Origin: Candidatus Aminicenantes bacterium
GTDB taxonomy: Bacteria > Acidobacteriota > Aminicenantia > UBA2199
Length of the DNA: 64,000 nt
Reading direction: 5' to 3'
Assembly (NCBI GenBank): GCA_011049425.1
Contig: DSBM01000125.1
Coordinates: 1,553 to 65,552, forward strand
Under the pieces are notes generated by a model that was given only the letters and a program-made list of their open reading frames with translations, ran no database searches and was not told where the DNA came from. Below, piece by piece: positions 19,019 through 28,371 of the stretch. The position numbers were made by a program, and so were the translations under genes. Positions within the stretch are counted from its first letter, which is position 1, and the number at the start of each line of letters is the position of its first letter.

Positions 19019-20524
19019 ATGACAGGCAAGAAAAGTGTACCGGTTATCGCAATCCTGTCCGCGGTCCTGCTGTACGCGGGACAACAGCAATCGACGGCAC
19101 GTTTCCTTAAAATCAAGGAACCTGTACTGAATCAGGAGTCGGGCAACCATCTGCTCTTAAGCCTGGACAACCTGTACGAGATGATCCGGTTGGACGAACT
19201 CCAGGATGCCGCCGGTGATCTGGAGATCATCAACACGGACGGCGAAACCGTTGCGCGGCTGGGAAAAGTGAAAAACGGAGAAATCAAGTGGACTTTCCGC
19301 GTGGTAAATGACCAGTGGCTCCTGGTGGAATTCAAAGAAAATGACTACCGAAAAATCCTGGAAAATGTCCAGAGCAACCCAGGTGAATCGGGTTACCTGC
19401 TGCAACTGGTTACCAAGGACATTAAAATCCCGGACGGCCGTTTCGTGATCCGGGACGCAGACAAACGCTACCAGCAGAAGGAATTGAACTACTTGCGTTT
19501 TTACCACCTGACATTCTCGGAAGTCCCCGACCTGGCCGTGGAGATGAAATTCCCCATTCACATTCAGAACGGCCAGGACATAACTGATGAGATTGAAGTG
19601 TCGGTAAAAAACAAAGGCGCCTCCCCTGCTGAGGAAGTTCAGGTGGAATTGCTGCTTTCCGCCCAGAGCCAGTTGCCGCCAACCCCCATTCCCAGTGTCA
19701 CGGTTTTCTCACCGGACGCGCCCTTGCGCCTGGGACGGGTTACGCTAAAGCAACTGGATCCGGGCGAGAGTCGTAAGATTTCTTTTACCGACTCCATCAC
19801 CATTCCCTTTGACGTACCTCCGGGCAAGTATTACATGGCCGTGGTGGCTGACCCGGAAGGAAAACTGAAAGAATATGCCCGCCTGGACAACAGCATTCTG
19901 GGCCTGACCCTGCTGGCGTTTCCCAAACTCCAGAAACTCGAGGTTGGACTGAACCAGGCACAACTGGTTTTCGAACCGGAAAACTACAAGCTCACCATTG
20001 AAAGCCAGGGGGACGTGATTTCGGACGGCAAAGACTGGCGCAAGTGCCGCATGCGTCCCTATATCTTCCAGTTGCGCCATGCCAACTGGCCCGATTATCA
20101 CTGGGAGATCAACACCGTTGACCGGGGCGTCTGGGAAGTGCGCGGGGCCCAGTTCTGCCAGACCGGCGGCCGGGGGCGGGAACTACCCACGCGCATTGAA
20201 GTGGACGGCGGATCACGTTTCACCCAGCCCAGAAGGGTGATCATTCCCCTGAATGACCTGATGTTGCACTTTTTCGGCGACCAGGGGCGTATGCAATTAA
20301 CCGCCTACGGAAGTCCCATCCAACATGGCCCCGCCTGGCGCATCTGCCGCCTGAAGCCATCAGTATACCGTTTCCGTACCACATTGTGGCCGGATTTCTT
20401 TTGGGAGATCGACCTGTTCGAAAAGAGCGGCAGCCGGGTGAGCGGCGTGGATTTTCAACATGAAGGCGGCGAACACCAACCCATGGACGTCATCTTGAAA
20501 ACCGAATACGCCCCAGGCGAATAA
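19019..20524 (+). CDS. Exported protein with CARDB/Ig-like domain and a tandem C-terminal repeat domain
   Basis: SD GGAGG, signal peptide; PDLAV...VSVKNKG...LDPGES...PPGKYY..VVADP...E...DN; two ~100-aa Trp-rich repeats. Confidence 0.75.
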   Translation: MTGKKSVPVIAILSAVLLYAGQQQSTARFLKIKEPVLNQESGNHLLLSLDNLYEMIRLDELQDAAGDLEIINTDGETVARLGKVKNGEIKWTFRVVNDQWLLVEFKENDYRKILENVQSNPGESGYLLQLVTKDIKIPDGRFVIRDADKRYQQKELNYLRFYHLTFSEVPDLAVEMKFPIHIQNGQDITDEIEVSVKNKGASPAEEVQVELLLSAQSQLPPTPIPSVTVFSPDAPLRLGRVTLKQLDPGESRKISFTDSITIPFDVPPGKYYMAVVADPEGKLKEYARLDNSILGLTLLAFPKLQKLEVGLNQAQLVFEPENYKLTIESQGDVISDGKDWRKCRMRPYIFQLRHANWPDYHWEINTVDRGVWEVRGAQFCQTGGRGRELPTRIEVDGGSRFTQPRRVIIPLNDLMLHFFGDQGRMQLTAYGSPIQHGPAWRICRLKPSVYRFRTTLWPDFFWEIDLFEKSGSRVSGVDFQHEGGEHQPMDVILKTEYAPGE

Positions 20525-20541
20525 CCGGGCTTCCCCGGACC

Positions 20542-20582
20542 AGCCTGCATTTCTCGCAAGGATTGTCGCGAAACGCAGGCTA
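20542..20582. repeat. 41-bp internally deleted copy of the 39379-39558 element
   Basis: AGCCTGCATTTCTCGCAAGGATTGTCGCGAAA matches 39380-39411 at 31/32 nt, then joins the right end GCAGGCTA. Confidence 0.85.
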
Positions 20583-21230
20583 AGGTTGTCCCGACGGTTG
20601 CGTCAGGTTGAACCGGGACAGTTGGTTGACGTCGGAATCGAAAAGAACGGAGTTGACCCGCAGTACATATCCGGTATTGTTGTATTTGTAACCATTATTG
20701 TAGAGATGCAACGCCCGCTGGATATTGCCCTTGGCAACCAGGGAATATTGTTTCAGAATCTGTAAGCCCAGGTCGATGTTGTATTCAACATCAAAAATGC
20801 GGCGACGATCGATCTTTAACTCATCTTTCCAAACCGACAGGTTAACCTGCATCAACCCATAAGCACCGCGATGGGAAACCGCCTTGGGATTGAAAGCGCT
20901 CTCCACCTGGATCACGCCCATGACCAACCGGGGATGAAATCCGTATTCACGGCTTTTTTGGAAGACCACCTGGGCGATACGATCAAACAATGGATAACGA
21001 CGCGCAAAAGCCTGCACCCGGTAGCGGGTGATCTCGTAATCCTTGAGCTGTCTGTTGCGCAAATCAAGTTCTTTTTCCAGCGAGCGCACGCGCTGCTGCA
21101 TCTTTCCCAGGGATTCCAACTGGGATTCGTACTTGCGATTGAACTCGGCAATGGCCAGAAACAACCCGGACAGTCCGGCCACCAAAAGGACGGTGAAAAC
21201 AAGCACCATCTTGCGTACGTTGTGTTGCAT
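20580..21230 (-). CDS. Lytic transglycosylase (SLT domain) with TM anchor and coiled coil
   Basis: IQVESAFNPKAVS..GAYGLMQV, ALHLYNNG. Confidence 0.88.
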   Translation of the reverse strand: MQHNVRKMVLVFTVLLVAGLSGLFLAIAEFNRKYESQLESLGKMQQRVRSLEKELDLRNRQLKDYEITRYRVQAFARRYPLFDRIAQVVFQKSREYGFHPRLVMGVIQVESAFNPKAVSHRGAYGLMQVNLSVWKDELKIDRRRIFDVEYNIDLGLQILKQYSLVAKGNIQRALHLYNNGYKYNNTGYVLRVNSVLFDSDVNQLSRFNLTQPSGQP

Positions 21231-21341
21231 GTCAGCAGATCCGATTCGCCTTTCCGGAATTATACCCCGGCTGGAAAAGGAAAATCAAATTTTTGCATCG
21301 CGATTGACTTCCCTTTGGCAATGGGCTAGTGTGAACAACAA

Positions 21342-23945
21342 ATGCGCCTTCACCGCAAAATCCGCGAGCAGCTCCAACCCGATCCTTCCCGGCTCTCCAG
21401 CGAAGGAGATCTGGTATTGAAATCAATTCCCTGCGCCCGCGGATTTGCCGCACGAATTGCCGCAGCCGCGATGCCCCCACTCGGGGCCGGTGAACTTCTG
21501 GCCGCCTCGCTGATCCACCAGATCCAACACCGGATCATCCGCATCAGCCTGGGCTCAGCCGTTTTGCCGGTAAACATCCTGGCCCGGAAAATGGGACCGA
21601 CCCAATTGGATCAGATTCTTTGCCTGGTTACGACGGATTTCCCACCGGAAGGAGTGTTTTTCAACCGCACCTCGCCCGCCGAGTACCTGGATGGATTGCA
21701 ACGCAGATCACAAATGCTCGAAGAACTCTGGCTGCTCGATCTGGCAACAGCCAACCCGGCTCTGAATCGGGTAAAAGCACTGTTTCCAGTGGAAAAACTG
21801 CTTGCGCAGAAAGTTTTTTCCACCGTTCTGCCCCTACTGGAGTCTCTGCTGCGTGCCACTCCCGATTCAAGCGAGGAAAAGATTGCCTTTCTGCCTGACG
21901 CGTTAACGGCAGCGGTCCGTGCCGCCCCGGACTCCCTGTTTGAGCAACTGGTGGTCTTGAAACGTGAATGGGGAGCCTGGATGCCCGACCTGGCTGATTG
22001 CGTTAACAGCGCGCTGGATTTGGTGGCCGAAGAAAAACCCCCCGCCCATCCTCCACCGCCGCCGAAAGCCACTTACTGGCGCCGCGCGGATGAATCCATG
22101 GATGGAGCGGATTATTTCAGTCATGACAGCGATTGGATGAGGAAGCTCGTGCTGGTGGCCAAGCATGCCCATGTATGGCTGCACCAATTAAGTGTACGCT
22201 GGCAGCGCCCGGTCAACAGCCTGTCAGATATTCCCGATGAAGAGTTGCAACTCCTTGCGGCTCAGGGATTTACGGGTATCTGGCTGGTGGGGCTGTGGGA
22301 GCGTAGCCCCGCTTCACTGCGCATCAAGCGCCTCTGCGGCGACCATGAAGCCCTGGCCTCAGCTTATGCGATCAACCGTTACCACGTCGCGCCCGAACTG
22401 GGAGGAGACAACGCCCTGGAAAACCTTTCACATCGCGCCGCCGGAGTGGGCATTCGTTTGGGGGCCGACATGGTTCCCAACCACATGGGTTTGGATTCAC
22501 CCATGGTCCGAAATCACCCGGAACTGTTTATCCAGCGCAATGACTGCCCCTATCCCGGATATTCGTTCAATGGGCCTGAACTCAGCCCCGAAGCGGAGAC
22601 TTCGATCCACATTGAAGATCATTACTTTGATCATTCCGATGCGGCGGTGGTGTTTCGCATGCATGACCGCAAAGGCCGGCAACGCTATGTGTACCACGGC
22701 AATGACGGCACCCATATCCCCTGGAACGACACGGCCCAGTTGGATTTTCTTCAAGAAAAAGTGCGGCGGATCGTGATGGACCAGATTCGCGGCGTTGCCC
22801 GCCGGGTGCCCATCATCCGCTTTGATGCCGCCATGACGCTGACCAGGCGACACTTTCGCCGCCTTTGGTACCCTGCCCGCGGGCAGGGAGGTGCCATTCC
22901 TTCCCGGGCGGAGTCGGCTCTGGATCAGGCCGCTTTTGACGCCGAAATGCCGGAAGAATTCTGGCGCGGGGTGGTGGATACCATGACAATGGAATTTCCG
23001 GATACTTTGCTCCTGGCGGAAGCGTTCTGGCTGATGGAGAGCTATTTCGTACGCAGACTGGGCATGCACCGGGTGTACAACAGCACCTTTATGCACATGC
23101 TGCGTAACGAAGAAAACGCGGATTTCCGCAAGTACATCCTTTCCATCTGGAAAGAAAACCCTTCCGTTCTCTCCCGTTTCGTTAATTTTTTAAGCAATCC
23201 GGATGAAGAAACAACGGCAAGACAATTCGGCCGGGGAGACAAGTATTTTGCCGCCTGTACCTTGATGTTGACCCTCCCCGGGCTTCCCATGTTCGCCCAT
23301 GGCCAAGTGGAAGGCCTGGAAGAGAAGTACGGCATGGAGTTCGCCGCCCCCCGCAGCAGCGAAAACCGGGATGAGCCCCTGTATCAACACCATAACGCCT
23401 TTGTATTCCCCCTGATGCGGCAACGCCGGCGTTTTGCTGCAGCCGATGACCTGGAGATGTTTTCTTTTCGCACCGATAATGGAGAAATCGACGAAAATGT
23501 TCTGGCCTTTTCCCGCGGACGGGGAAGAGAAACCTTGCTGGTTCTGGTCCACAACTGCTATGCATCCACTGAAGGCAGCCTGCGTGATGGAGACTTGAAC
23601 CCGGGTCATAACCTGACAGACATCTTGCAGATCCCTGCTTCCAGCCACAGAGATCTATATTTTCATGACCTCGTAACCGGAACCCGCGTCATCCAATCCG
23701 CCGCTGATCTGCGGCGCCGGGGGTTGCATTTCCGTTTGAATGCCTATGGACACCACCTGCTTGAATACCGGGGGCCCGTGGACTCGCCTTGGCCCGGGCC
23801 TGCTCACGAATCTGCCGCCACAACCCTTGAAAATTCAAAAAGATCAGCGTATGCTGAATCCAAAATCCAAGAGCCGGATAGGGTGAGCCGCCATGGAAAA
23901 GCGCAAAGACAAAAGACTAAAAAAAAGAAGTCTGATCAAAGTTGA
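21342..23945 (+). CDS. Alpha-amylase family glycoside hydrolase (GH13)
   Basis: ADMVPNH, WNDTAQL, RFDAAM (nucleophile), LLAEAFW (acid/base), NPDE, TLPGLPMF. Confidence 0.85.
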   Translation: MRLHRKIREQLQPDPSRLSSEGDLVLKSIPCARGFAARIAAAAMPPLGAGELLAASLIHQIQHRIIRISLGSAVLPVNILARKMGPTQLDQILCLVTTDFPPEGVFFNRTSPAEYLDGLQRRSQMLEELWLLDLATANPALNRVKALFPVEKLLAQKVFSTVLPLLESLLRATPDSSEEKIAFLPDALTAAVRAAPDSLFEQLVVLKREWGAWMPDLADCVNSALDLVAEEKPPAHPPPPPKATYWRRADESMDGADYFSHDSDWMRKLVLVAKHAHVWLHQLSVRWQRPVNSLSDIPDEELQLLAAQGFTGIWLVGLWERSPASLRIKRLCGDHEALASAYAINRYHVAPELGGDNALENLSHRAAGVGIRLGADMVPNHMGLDSPMVRNHPELFIQRNDCPYPGYSFNGPELSPEAETSIHIEDHYFDHSDAAVVFRMHDRKGRQRYVYHGNDGTHIPWNDTAQLDFLQEKVRRIVMDQIRGVARRVPIIRFDAAMTLTRRHFRRLWYPARGQGGAIPSRAESALDQAAFDAEMPEEFWRGVVDTMTMEFPDTLLLAEAFWLMESYFVRRLGMHRVYNSTFMHMLRNEENADFRKYILSIWKENPSVLSRFVNFLSNPDEETTARQFGRGDKYFAACTLMLTLPGLPMFAHGQVEGLEEKYGMEFAAPRSSENRDEPLYQHHNAFVFPLMRQRRRFAAADDLEMFSFRTDNGEIDENVLAFSRGRGRETLLVLVHNCYASTEGSLRDGDLNPGHNLTDILQIPASSHRDLYFHDLVTGTRVIQSAADLRRRGLHFRLNAYGHHLLEYRGPVDSPWPGPAHESAATTLENSKRSAYAESKIQEPDRVSRHGKAQRQKTKKKKSDQS

Positions 23946-24201
23946 CGACAAGGCCGGGATGCTTCTGGATATCAGCGAAGACGGCATCAAAGTGGCTTTG
24001 CCTTCTTTGCCGACCCGGCGACAGATCCGCGTCAGCCTCCAACTCGACGGCGAAGAATTCAATTTGTCCGGGACCATCCGCTGGATCAGGAAGACCTTTT
24101 CGGCTCATGGATCTAATGAACTGGGGATCCACATTGAAGATCCTCCTCCGACTTTTGTTACCGCGGTCGGCAGGGTCGGCGGCCCGATTATCGCGCAGTG
24201 A
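23893..24201 (+). CDS. Stand-alone PilZ-domain protein
   Basis: EKRKDKR (RxxxR), DISEDG (DxSxxG), GTIRW, LGIHI. Confidence 0.75.
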   Translation: MEKRKDKRLKKRSLIKVDDKAGMLLDISEDGIKVALPSLPTRRQIRVSLQLDGEEFNLSGTIRWIRKTFSAHGSNELGIHIEDPPPTFVTAVGRVGGPIIAQ

Positions 24202-24761
24202 ATCCGCCTGAAAACGCGCCGCCCTTCTATTTGAAACTGGTTGTGTTTTTGGGAAATCCAGGCGATGGATACCGGAACACCCGGCATAATTTCGCCTGGA
24301 GAGTGCCCGAGTTCCTGGATCCGCCTCCCCACGACTGGAAAAAACGCTTCCAGGGAGAAATCAGCCGCTATTCTTTTTCCGGGGGATCCACCTGGCTGCT
24401 CAAGCCCATGACCCTGATGAACCTCAGCGGCCGCAGTATTTCTCGCATGGCCGGATACCTGGCAATTTCCCCAAACGAAATACTGGTCGTTCACGACGAC
24501 CTGGAATTGGACTTCGGCCGCATCGCGCTCAAAAGAGGCGGGGGACTGGGAGGGCACAACGGGCTGCGGTCCATAACCGATTCGCTGGGGACCCGGGATT
24601 TTCTGCGACTGCGGCTGGGCATTTCACGACCCGGCCGGGGCTCAGTCACATCCTGGGTTCTGGGGCGCTTCAGCAAAGAGGAGGCCCGGAAAGTCGATGG
24701 TATCGCCGCCGCCGCCGCGCTTGAAATCAAGCGTTTGCTGCTTGAAGGGGAACGTGGATGA
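24198..24761 (+). CDS. pth: Peptidyl-tRNA hydrolase
   Basis: LGNPG, TRHN, KPMTLMNLSG, VHDDLEL, GGHNGLRS, RLRLGI, VLGRF. Confidence 0.92.
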   Translation: MNPPENAPPFYLKLVVFLGNPGDGYRNTRHNFAWRVPEFLDPPPHDWKKRFQGEISRYSFSGGSTWLLKPMTLMNLSGRSISRMAGYLAISPNEILVVHDDLELDFGRIALKRGGGLGGHNGLRSITDSLGTRDFLRLRLGISRPGRGSVTSWVLGRFSKEEARKVDGIAAAAALEIKRLLLEGERG

Positions 24762-24778
24762 AGGGGGACGGTTCTTGA

Positions 24779-24882
24779 CAATTTGACATTCTGCATATAA
24801 AACAACGGCACTCAAAATTTCAGTTCAGTCGCTCCCGCAAAAAGAATACCTATATAGGCGATAAAGCCAAAATGTCAAATTG
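24779..24882. repeat. 12-bp perfect inverted repeat bounding an AT-rich intergenic segment
   Basis: CAATTTGACATT (24779-24790) and AATGTCAAATTG (24871-24882); internal palindrome CCTATATAGG (24849-24858). Confidence 0.6.
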
Positions 24883-24892
24883 CTTAGCGCAC

Positions 24893-25945
24893 TCAAGAAC
24901 CGTCCCCCTTACGTGCGTTTGGTGCCCTGCGGATCACTTGCGGAATCAAAAACAACTCCACCCGCCGGTTGCGGCGCCGCCCCGCTTCCGTGGAATTATC
25001 CGTTACCGGCTTGTACTCCCCGTAACCAGCGGCGGTCAAATGCCTGGGGTTCATGCCTTTGTCCGTCAGATATTTCACCACCTCAATAGCCCGGTAGGTC
25101 GACAATTCCCAATTGGATGCATAACGGTCACGGGCATCGGGCCGAATGGGGACATTATCGGTGTGGCCGGCCACAAAGATATCGACTTTATCCACCTGTT
25201 GCAGCAAAACGGGAAAAACCGAATCAAGAAGACGCCGACCGGGCGGACGCAGGCTGTGACTGCCGGATGCGAAGAGGATATCTCCCTGGAACGACACTCT
25301 CAGCTGGCCGTCTTCGATCTTGGTTTCCAAATCCGTCACCGCCGCCTGAAGATCGGTGCGTATGTTTTCCAATTCTCCGATGTAGGACTTCTGTTGATCC
25401 AGACGTTGGCGGTATTCATCCAGTTCATCCAGTTTCTCTTTCAGCAAAAGGTTGCGTTCCTGAAGATCGGTATTGATCTCTTTCAACTCCAGGTTCAGTC
25501 GCGCGACCTTATCGCCCAGAATGCGCCGCGATACATCCAACATATCGGCCATTTTGCGGTTGAACTGGGAGCGTACCGCCCCCAGGGCGGCACTGTCCCG
25601 GTCCGCGGGGCGCAACAGCATTTCCGATTCCGCGGGACGTAGCATCACGCGGTTTTCGCCTTCTTCATCCGCGGCGCCGAGCAAGGCTTCCCGGGTCAAG
25701 CGCTGAAAATCCCGGTCTTGGAGTTCCGCGGCCAGCCGCGTCAGCCCTTCCTGCTCTGCCTCCAGCCGGGCCCTGATCGCGTCACGGGACTCTTTCACGG
25801 TTGCCAGCTCAGTGCGCAATGATTTGCGCGTGGAAAAAACCTGAGACTTGGCAATAGCGTTGATCCCGTTCATCAGGGGTTCGGCCAGGAAACCTCCCAG
25901 CAAAAACACGATGATGCCCAGTGGAATCAGCCATCTCAAGCGCAT
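24893..25945 (-). CDS. OmpA/MotB-family peptidoglycan-binding protein with a long coiled coil
   Basis: N-terminal TM; ILFASGS, GHTDN, NWELS..RA, AGYGE..P, NRRVE. Confidence 0.88.
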   Translation of the reverse strand: MRLRWLIPLGIIVFLLGGFLAEPLMNGINAIAKSQVFSTRKSLRTELATVKESRDAIRARLEAEQEGLTRLAAELQDRDFQRLTREALLGAADEEGENRVMLRPAESEMLLRPADRDSAALGAVRSQFNRKMADMLDVSRRILGDKVARLNLELKEINTDLQERNLLLKEKLDELDEYRQRLDQQKSYIGELENIRTDLQAAVTDLETKIEDGQLRVSFQGDILFASGSHSLRPPGRRLLDSVFPVLLQQVDKVDIFVAGHTDNVPIRPDARDRYASNWELSTYRAIEVVKYLTDKGMNPRHLTAAGYGEYKPVTDNSTEAGRRRNRRVELFLIPQVIRRAPNARKGDGS

Positions 25946-25946
25946 A

Positions 25947-28106
25947 TCATCCCTCCTTTGCCGAAACAGCCACTCCCATTTCGCGCACTAGGTGATGGGC
26001 CCCGCTATACTCACTCAGGAACCATAGGATGAAACGGATATCCACTCCGATTGAGCGGCTGAAACGGTCACTCCACGCGTAATCGTTGACGGTGGCTTCG
26101 AAAACGCGATCGAAATTCAAGCCCACCAGCTTGCCCCGGGCATCCAGAACCGGGCTGCCCGAGTTGCCTCCCGTGGTATCACAATCGTACAGCATGGCCA
26201 CCGGCACCTGGCCCGGAACGGGGTCCGCAAAGCCGCCGTCATGGTTTTTGGCCACCAATTGCCGCAAGCGCTCGGGCGCAATGAAAGGCGGTTGACCCCG
26301 ATGCTTCTCCACCAGGCCGCCCAAGGTGGTTAAAGGCGCCATCTTTACCGCGTCAGCCGGGGAGTAGCCGCGGATGCGGCCCATGGTCAGTCGCAATGTG
26401 CCGTTGGCATCAGGAATGAAATCCCGCCCCAGGAACCGGCGCTTGACTTCAACCAATCGAGCCAGTTGCTCGTCCAGACGACCCTTGCGTGCTTTACCCT
26501 CTTCTTCAATCCGATCCAGTACCGGGTGCAGCGCCAGAGCCAAGCGGATCATGGGATCCTTGGAACGCCGGAAATCCTCCGGTTTTGCTTTCAACCACTT
26601 TTCCGCGCAAGCGCGTTCAACCATTTCCGTGTCCCGGAAAATCCACTGGATGAATTGGGGCAATTCCTTTTCACCCAGGGCCGCCCGGATGGGCTCAACG
26701 TAGGCTGAATCCGGCTCCGACAGCACCTGCGACAGCATGTGTTGCGTTAATGCCCGGTCCGCAGGCAAATAGAAGTCACGGTAACCGCGCAGGATTCGTT
26801 GGCTCAAGCGGGTGAAATTGCGATCCATGTAGGCGGACTTACGTTGCAGGTCGGGTTTGCGACGTTCAACAGCGGCCTCGTACAAAGTGTGGGCCGTACC
26901 CAGCAAAAAGGCGGCCCGGGGCAGGTAGGAGCAGGCAAGGCGCGCTTTCCAATCCTGCTGATCCTGTTCGTATACTTTGCGGATTTCATCCAACACCGAT
27001 CCGTACTTTTCCTTCAACTCCGGCTGGGAAAGAATAAACGCCTGAATTTTTTCTTCCTGATTGCGCCGCTGGGCGGTGATTTTCGCTTGCCGCATTCCTT
27101 TCAACTTGCCGCGATAATTTTTCATCACATTCCAGAGTCCCTTGAGCCGGGGAGCCAGTTGAATGGCCGCGTCATGGTCTTCCATACTCATCTTTTCCAG
27201 AACGTTGATCATCCACTGGTATTGAGTCACCACCCAGGGCATGCGGCGGTTCTCTTCAAATTCCAGGAAATAAGATGTGCGGTGCCGGTATGTGCGTCCG
27301 GGATATCCGGGAATGAAAACGAAATCTCCTTCACTGACACCATCGGGATTAACATGAAGATAGGCTTCGGGATGATAAGGCCGGTTGTTTTCGCTCCGGT
27401 CAGCCGGCTCACCATCCGGCCCCGTGTAGGCACGCAGCAAAGCGAAATCCCCGGTATGGCGCGGCCACATCCAGTTGTCTTCTTCGCCACCGAATTCCCC
27501 GATGGAACGGGGGGGAGCGTATACCAGCCGGATATCCCGCAGATCCGTGTAGACAAACAACACATAGGTCTTGCCGGGAAACATCTCGGCCACGGAGGCA
27601 CGCTTGCCGGGATGGGCTTTTTCGGCTTTCTGAACAATGGATTTCATGCGCTTTTCCCTTGCACGGGTTTGCCGCGCATAAGGCATACCCGGGCTTACCG
27701 CGGCCAACACTTGGTTGGACACATCACGATAGGAATCGATGATGCGTACGGTGTAGCCGGGAGCGGACAGTTCTTTGGAGCGGTCTTCTGCCATGAATCC
27801 GTTCTCAAACAAGTCGTTTTCAGCACTGGTGGCGGACTGAATCGCCCGAAACGCGCAGTGGTAGTTGGTCAGGATCAGACCATCCGTTGAAATAAAGGAC
27901 GCGGTGCAACCGCTCAAGTTGATGATACCGTCAATCAGGCTGACCCCATCGGGGTTATACAGTTCCAGCGGATCCATGAGCAACCCCCGGGAAGCCAAAT
28001 CCAACTTGTGAATTTCACTGAGAGGCCACATCCCCTCTTCCGCCTGTAAACCGGTAGCCGGCATCACGACCAGCAACAACAAGCCCAAAGACAAAAAACA
28101 ACGCAT
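25947..28106 (-). CDS. S46 family dipeptidyl peptidase
   Basis: EEGMW, GCTASFIS..GLILTNYHC, NWMWPRHTGDF, PDANGTLR, DTTGGNSGSPV, GLNFD; SD GGAGG before ATG 28106. Confidence 0.93.
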   Translation of the reverse strand: MRCFLSLGLLLLVVMPATGLQAEEGMWPLSEIHKLDLASRGLLMDPLELYNPDGVSLIDGIINLSGCTASFISTDGLILTNYHCAFRAIQSATSAENDLFENGFMAEDRSKELSAPGYTVRIIDSYRDVSNQVLAAVSPGMPYARQTRAREKRMKSIVQKAEKAHPGKRASVAEMFPGKTYVLFVYTDLRDIRLVYAPPRSIGEFGGEEDNWMWPRHTGDFALLRAYTGPDGEPADRSENNRPYHPEAYLHVNPDGVSEGDFVFIPGYPGRTYRHRTSYFLEFEENRRMPWVVTQYQWMINVLEKMSMEDHDAAIQLAPRLKGLWNVMKNYRGKLKGMRQAKITAQRRNQEEKIQAFILSQPELKEKYGSVLDEIRKVYEQDQQDWKARLACSYLPRAAFLLGTAHTLYEAAVERRKPDLQRKSAYMDRNFTRLSQRILRGYRDFYLPADRALTQHMLSQVLSEPDSAYVEPIRAALGEKELPQFIQWIFRDTEMVERACAEKWLKAKPEDFRRSKDPMIRLALALHPVLDRIEEEGKARKGRLDEQLARLVEVKRRFLGRDFIPDANGTLRLTMGRIRGYSPADAVKMAPLTTLGGLVEKHRGQPPFIAPERLRQLVAKNHDGGFADPVPGQVPVAMLYDCDTTGGNSGSPVLDARGKLVGLNFDRVFEATVNDYAWSDRFSRSIGVDIRFILWFLSEYSGAHHLVREMGVAVSAKEG

Positions 28107-28196
28107 GATTTCCTCCTCACCATTTGACCCCAGCCCATCGGCTCGATCCAATCTAAGTTTAGCCCATCCGCTACCCCGGGTCAACCGCGTCCCGTA

Positions 28197-28225
28197 TTGA
28201 CATCCCAGCGGCCATGCGGTAAAAT
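28197..28225 (+). promoter_or_regulatory. sigma70 promoter for tRNA-His and probably the downstream SelB-C gene
   Basis: TTGACA-17 nt-TAAAAT, 10 nt before the tRNA. Confidence 0.8.
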
Positions 28226-28235
28226 CAGAGTAAGT

Positions 28236-28311
28236 GGTGAGTGTAGCTCAAGGGTAGAGTATCGGTCTGTGGAACCGAATGTTGGGGGTTCAAATCCCCT
28301 CACTCACCCCA
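28236..28311 (+). tRNA. tRNA-His (GTG)
   Basis: G-1 with C73, acceptor stem GTGAGTG/CACTCAC, anticodon stem TCGGT/ACCGA with GTG at 28269-28271, TTCAAAT T-loop, encoded CCA. Confidence 0.97.
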
Positions 28312-28371
28312 CCTGTTCCCCATGGATGTTGAGCAACGATTCAGTGTTCCCACACAACGGCCTTTCCTGCC

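Noticed and set aside
28236-28371. tRNA-His as an integration site
   Set aside because: No integrase nearby, and I saw no duplicated tRNA 3' end in the window.
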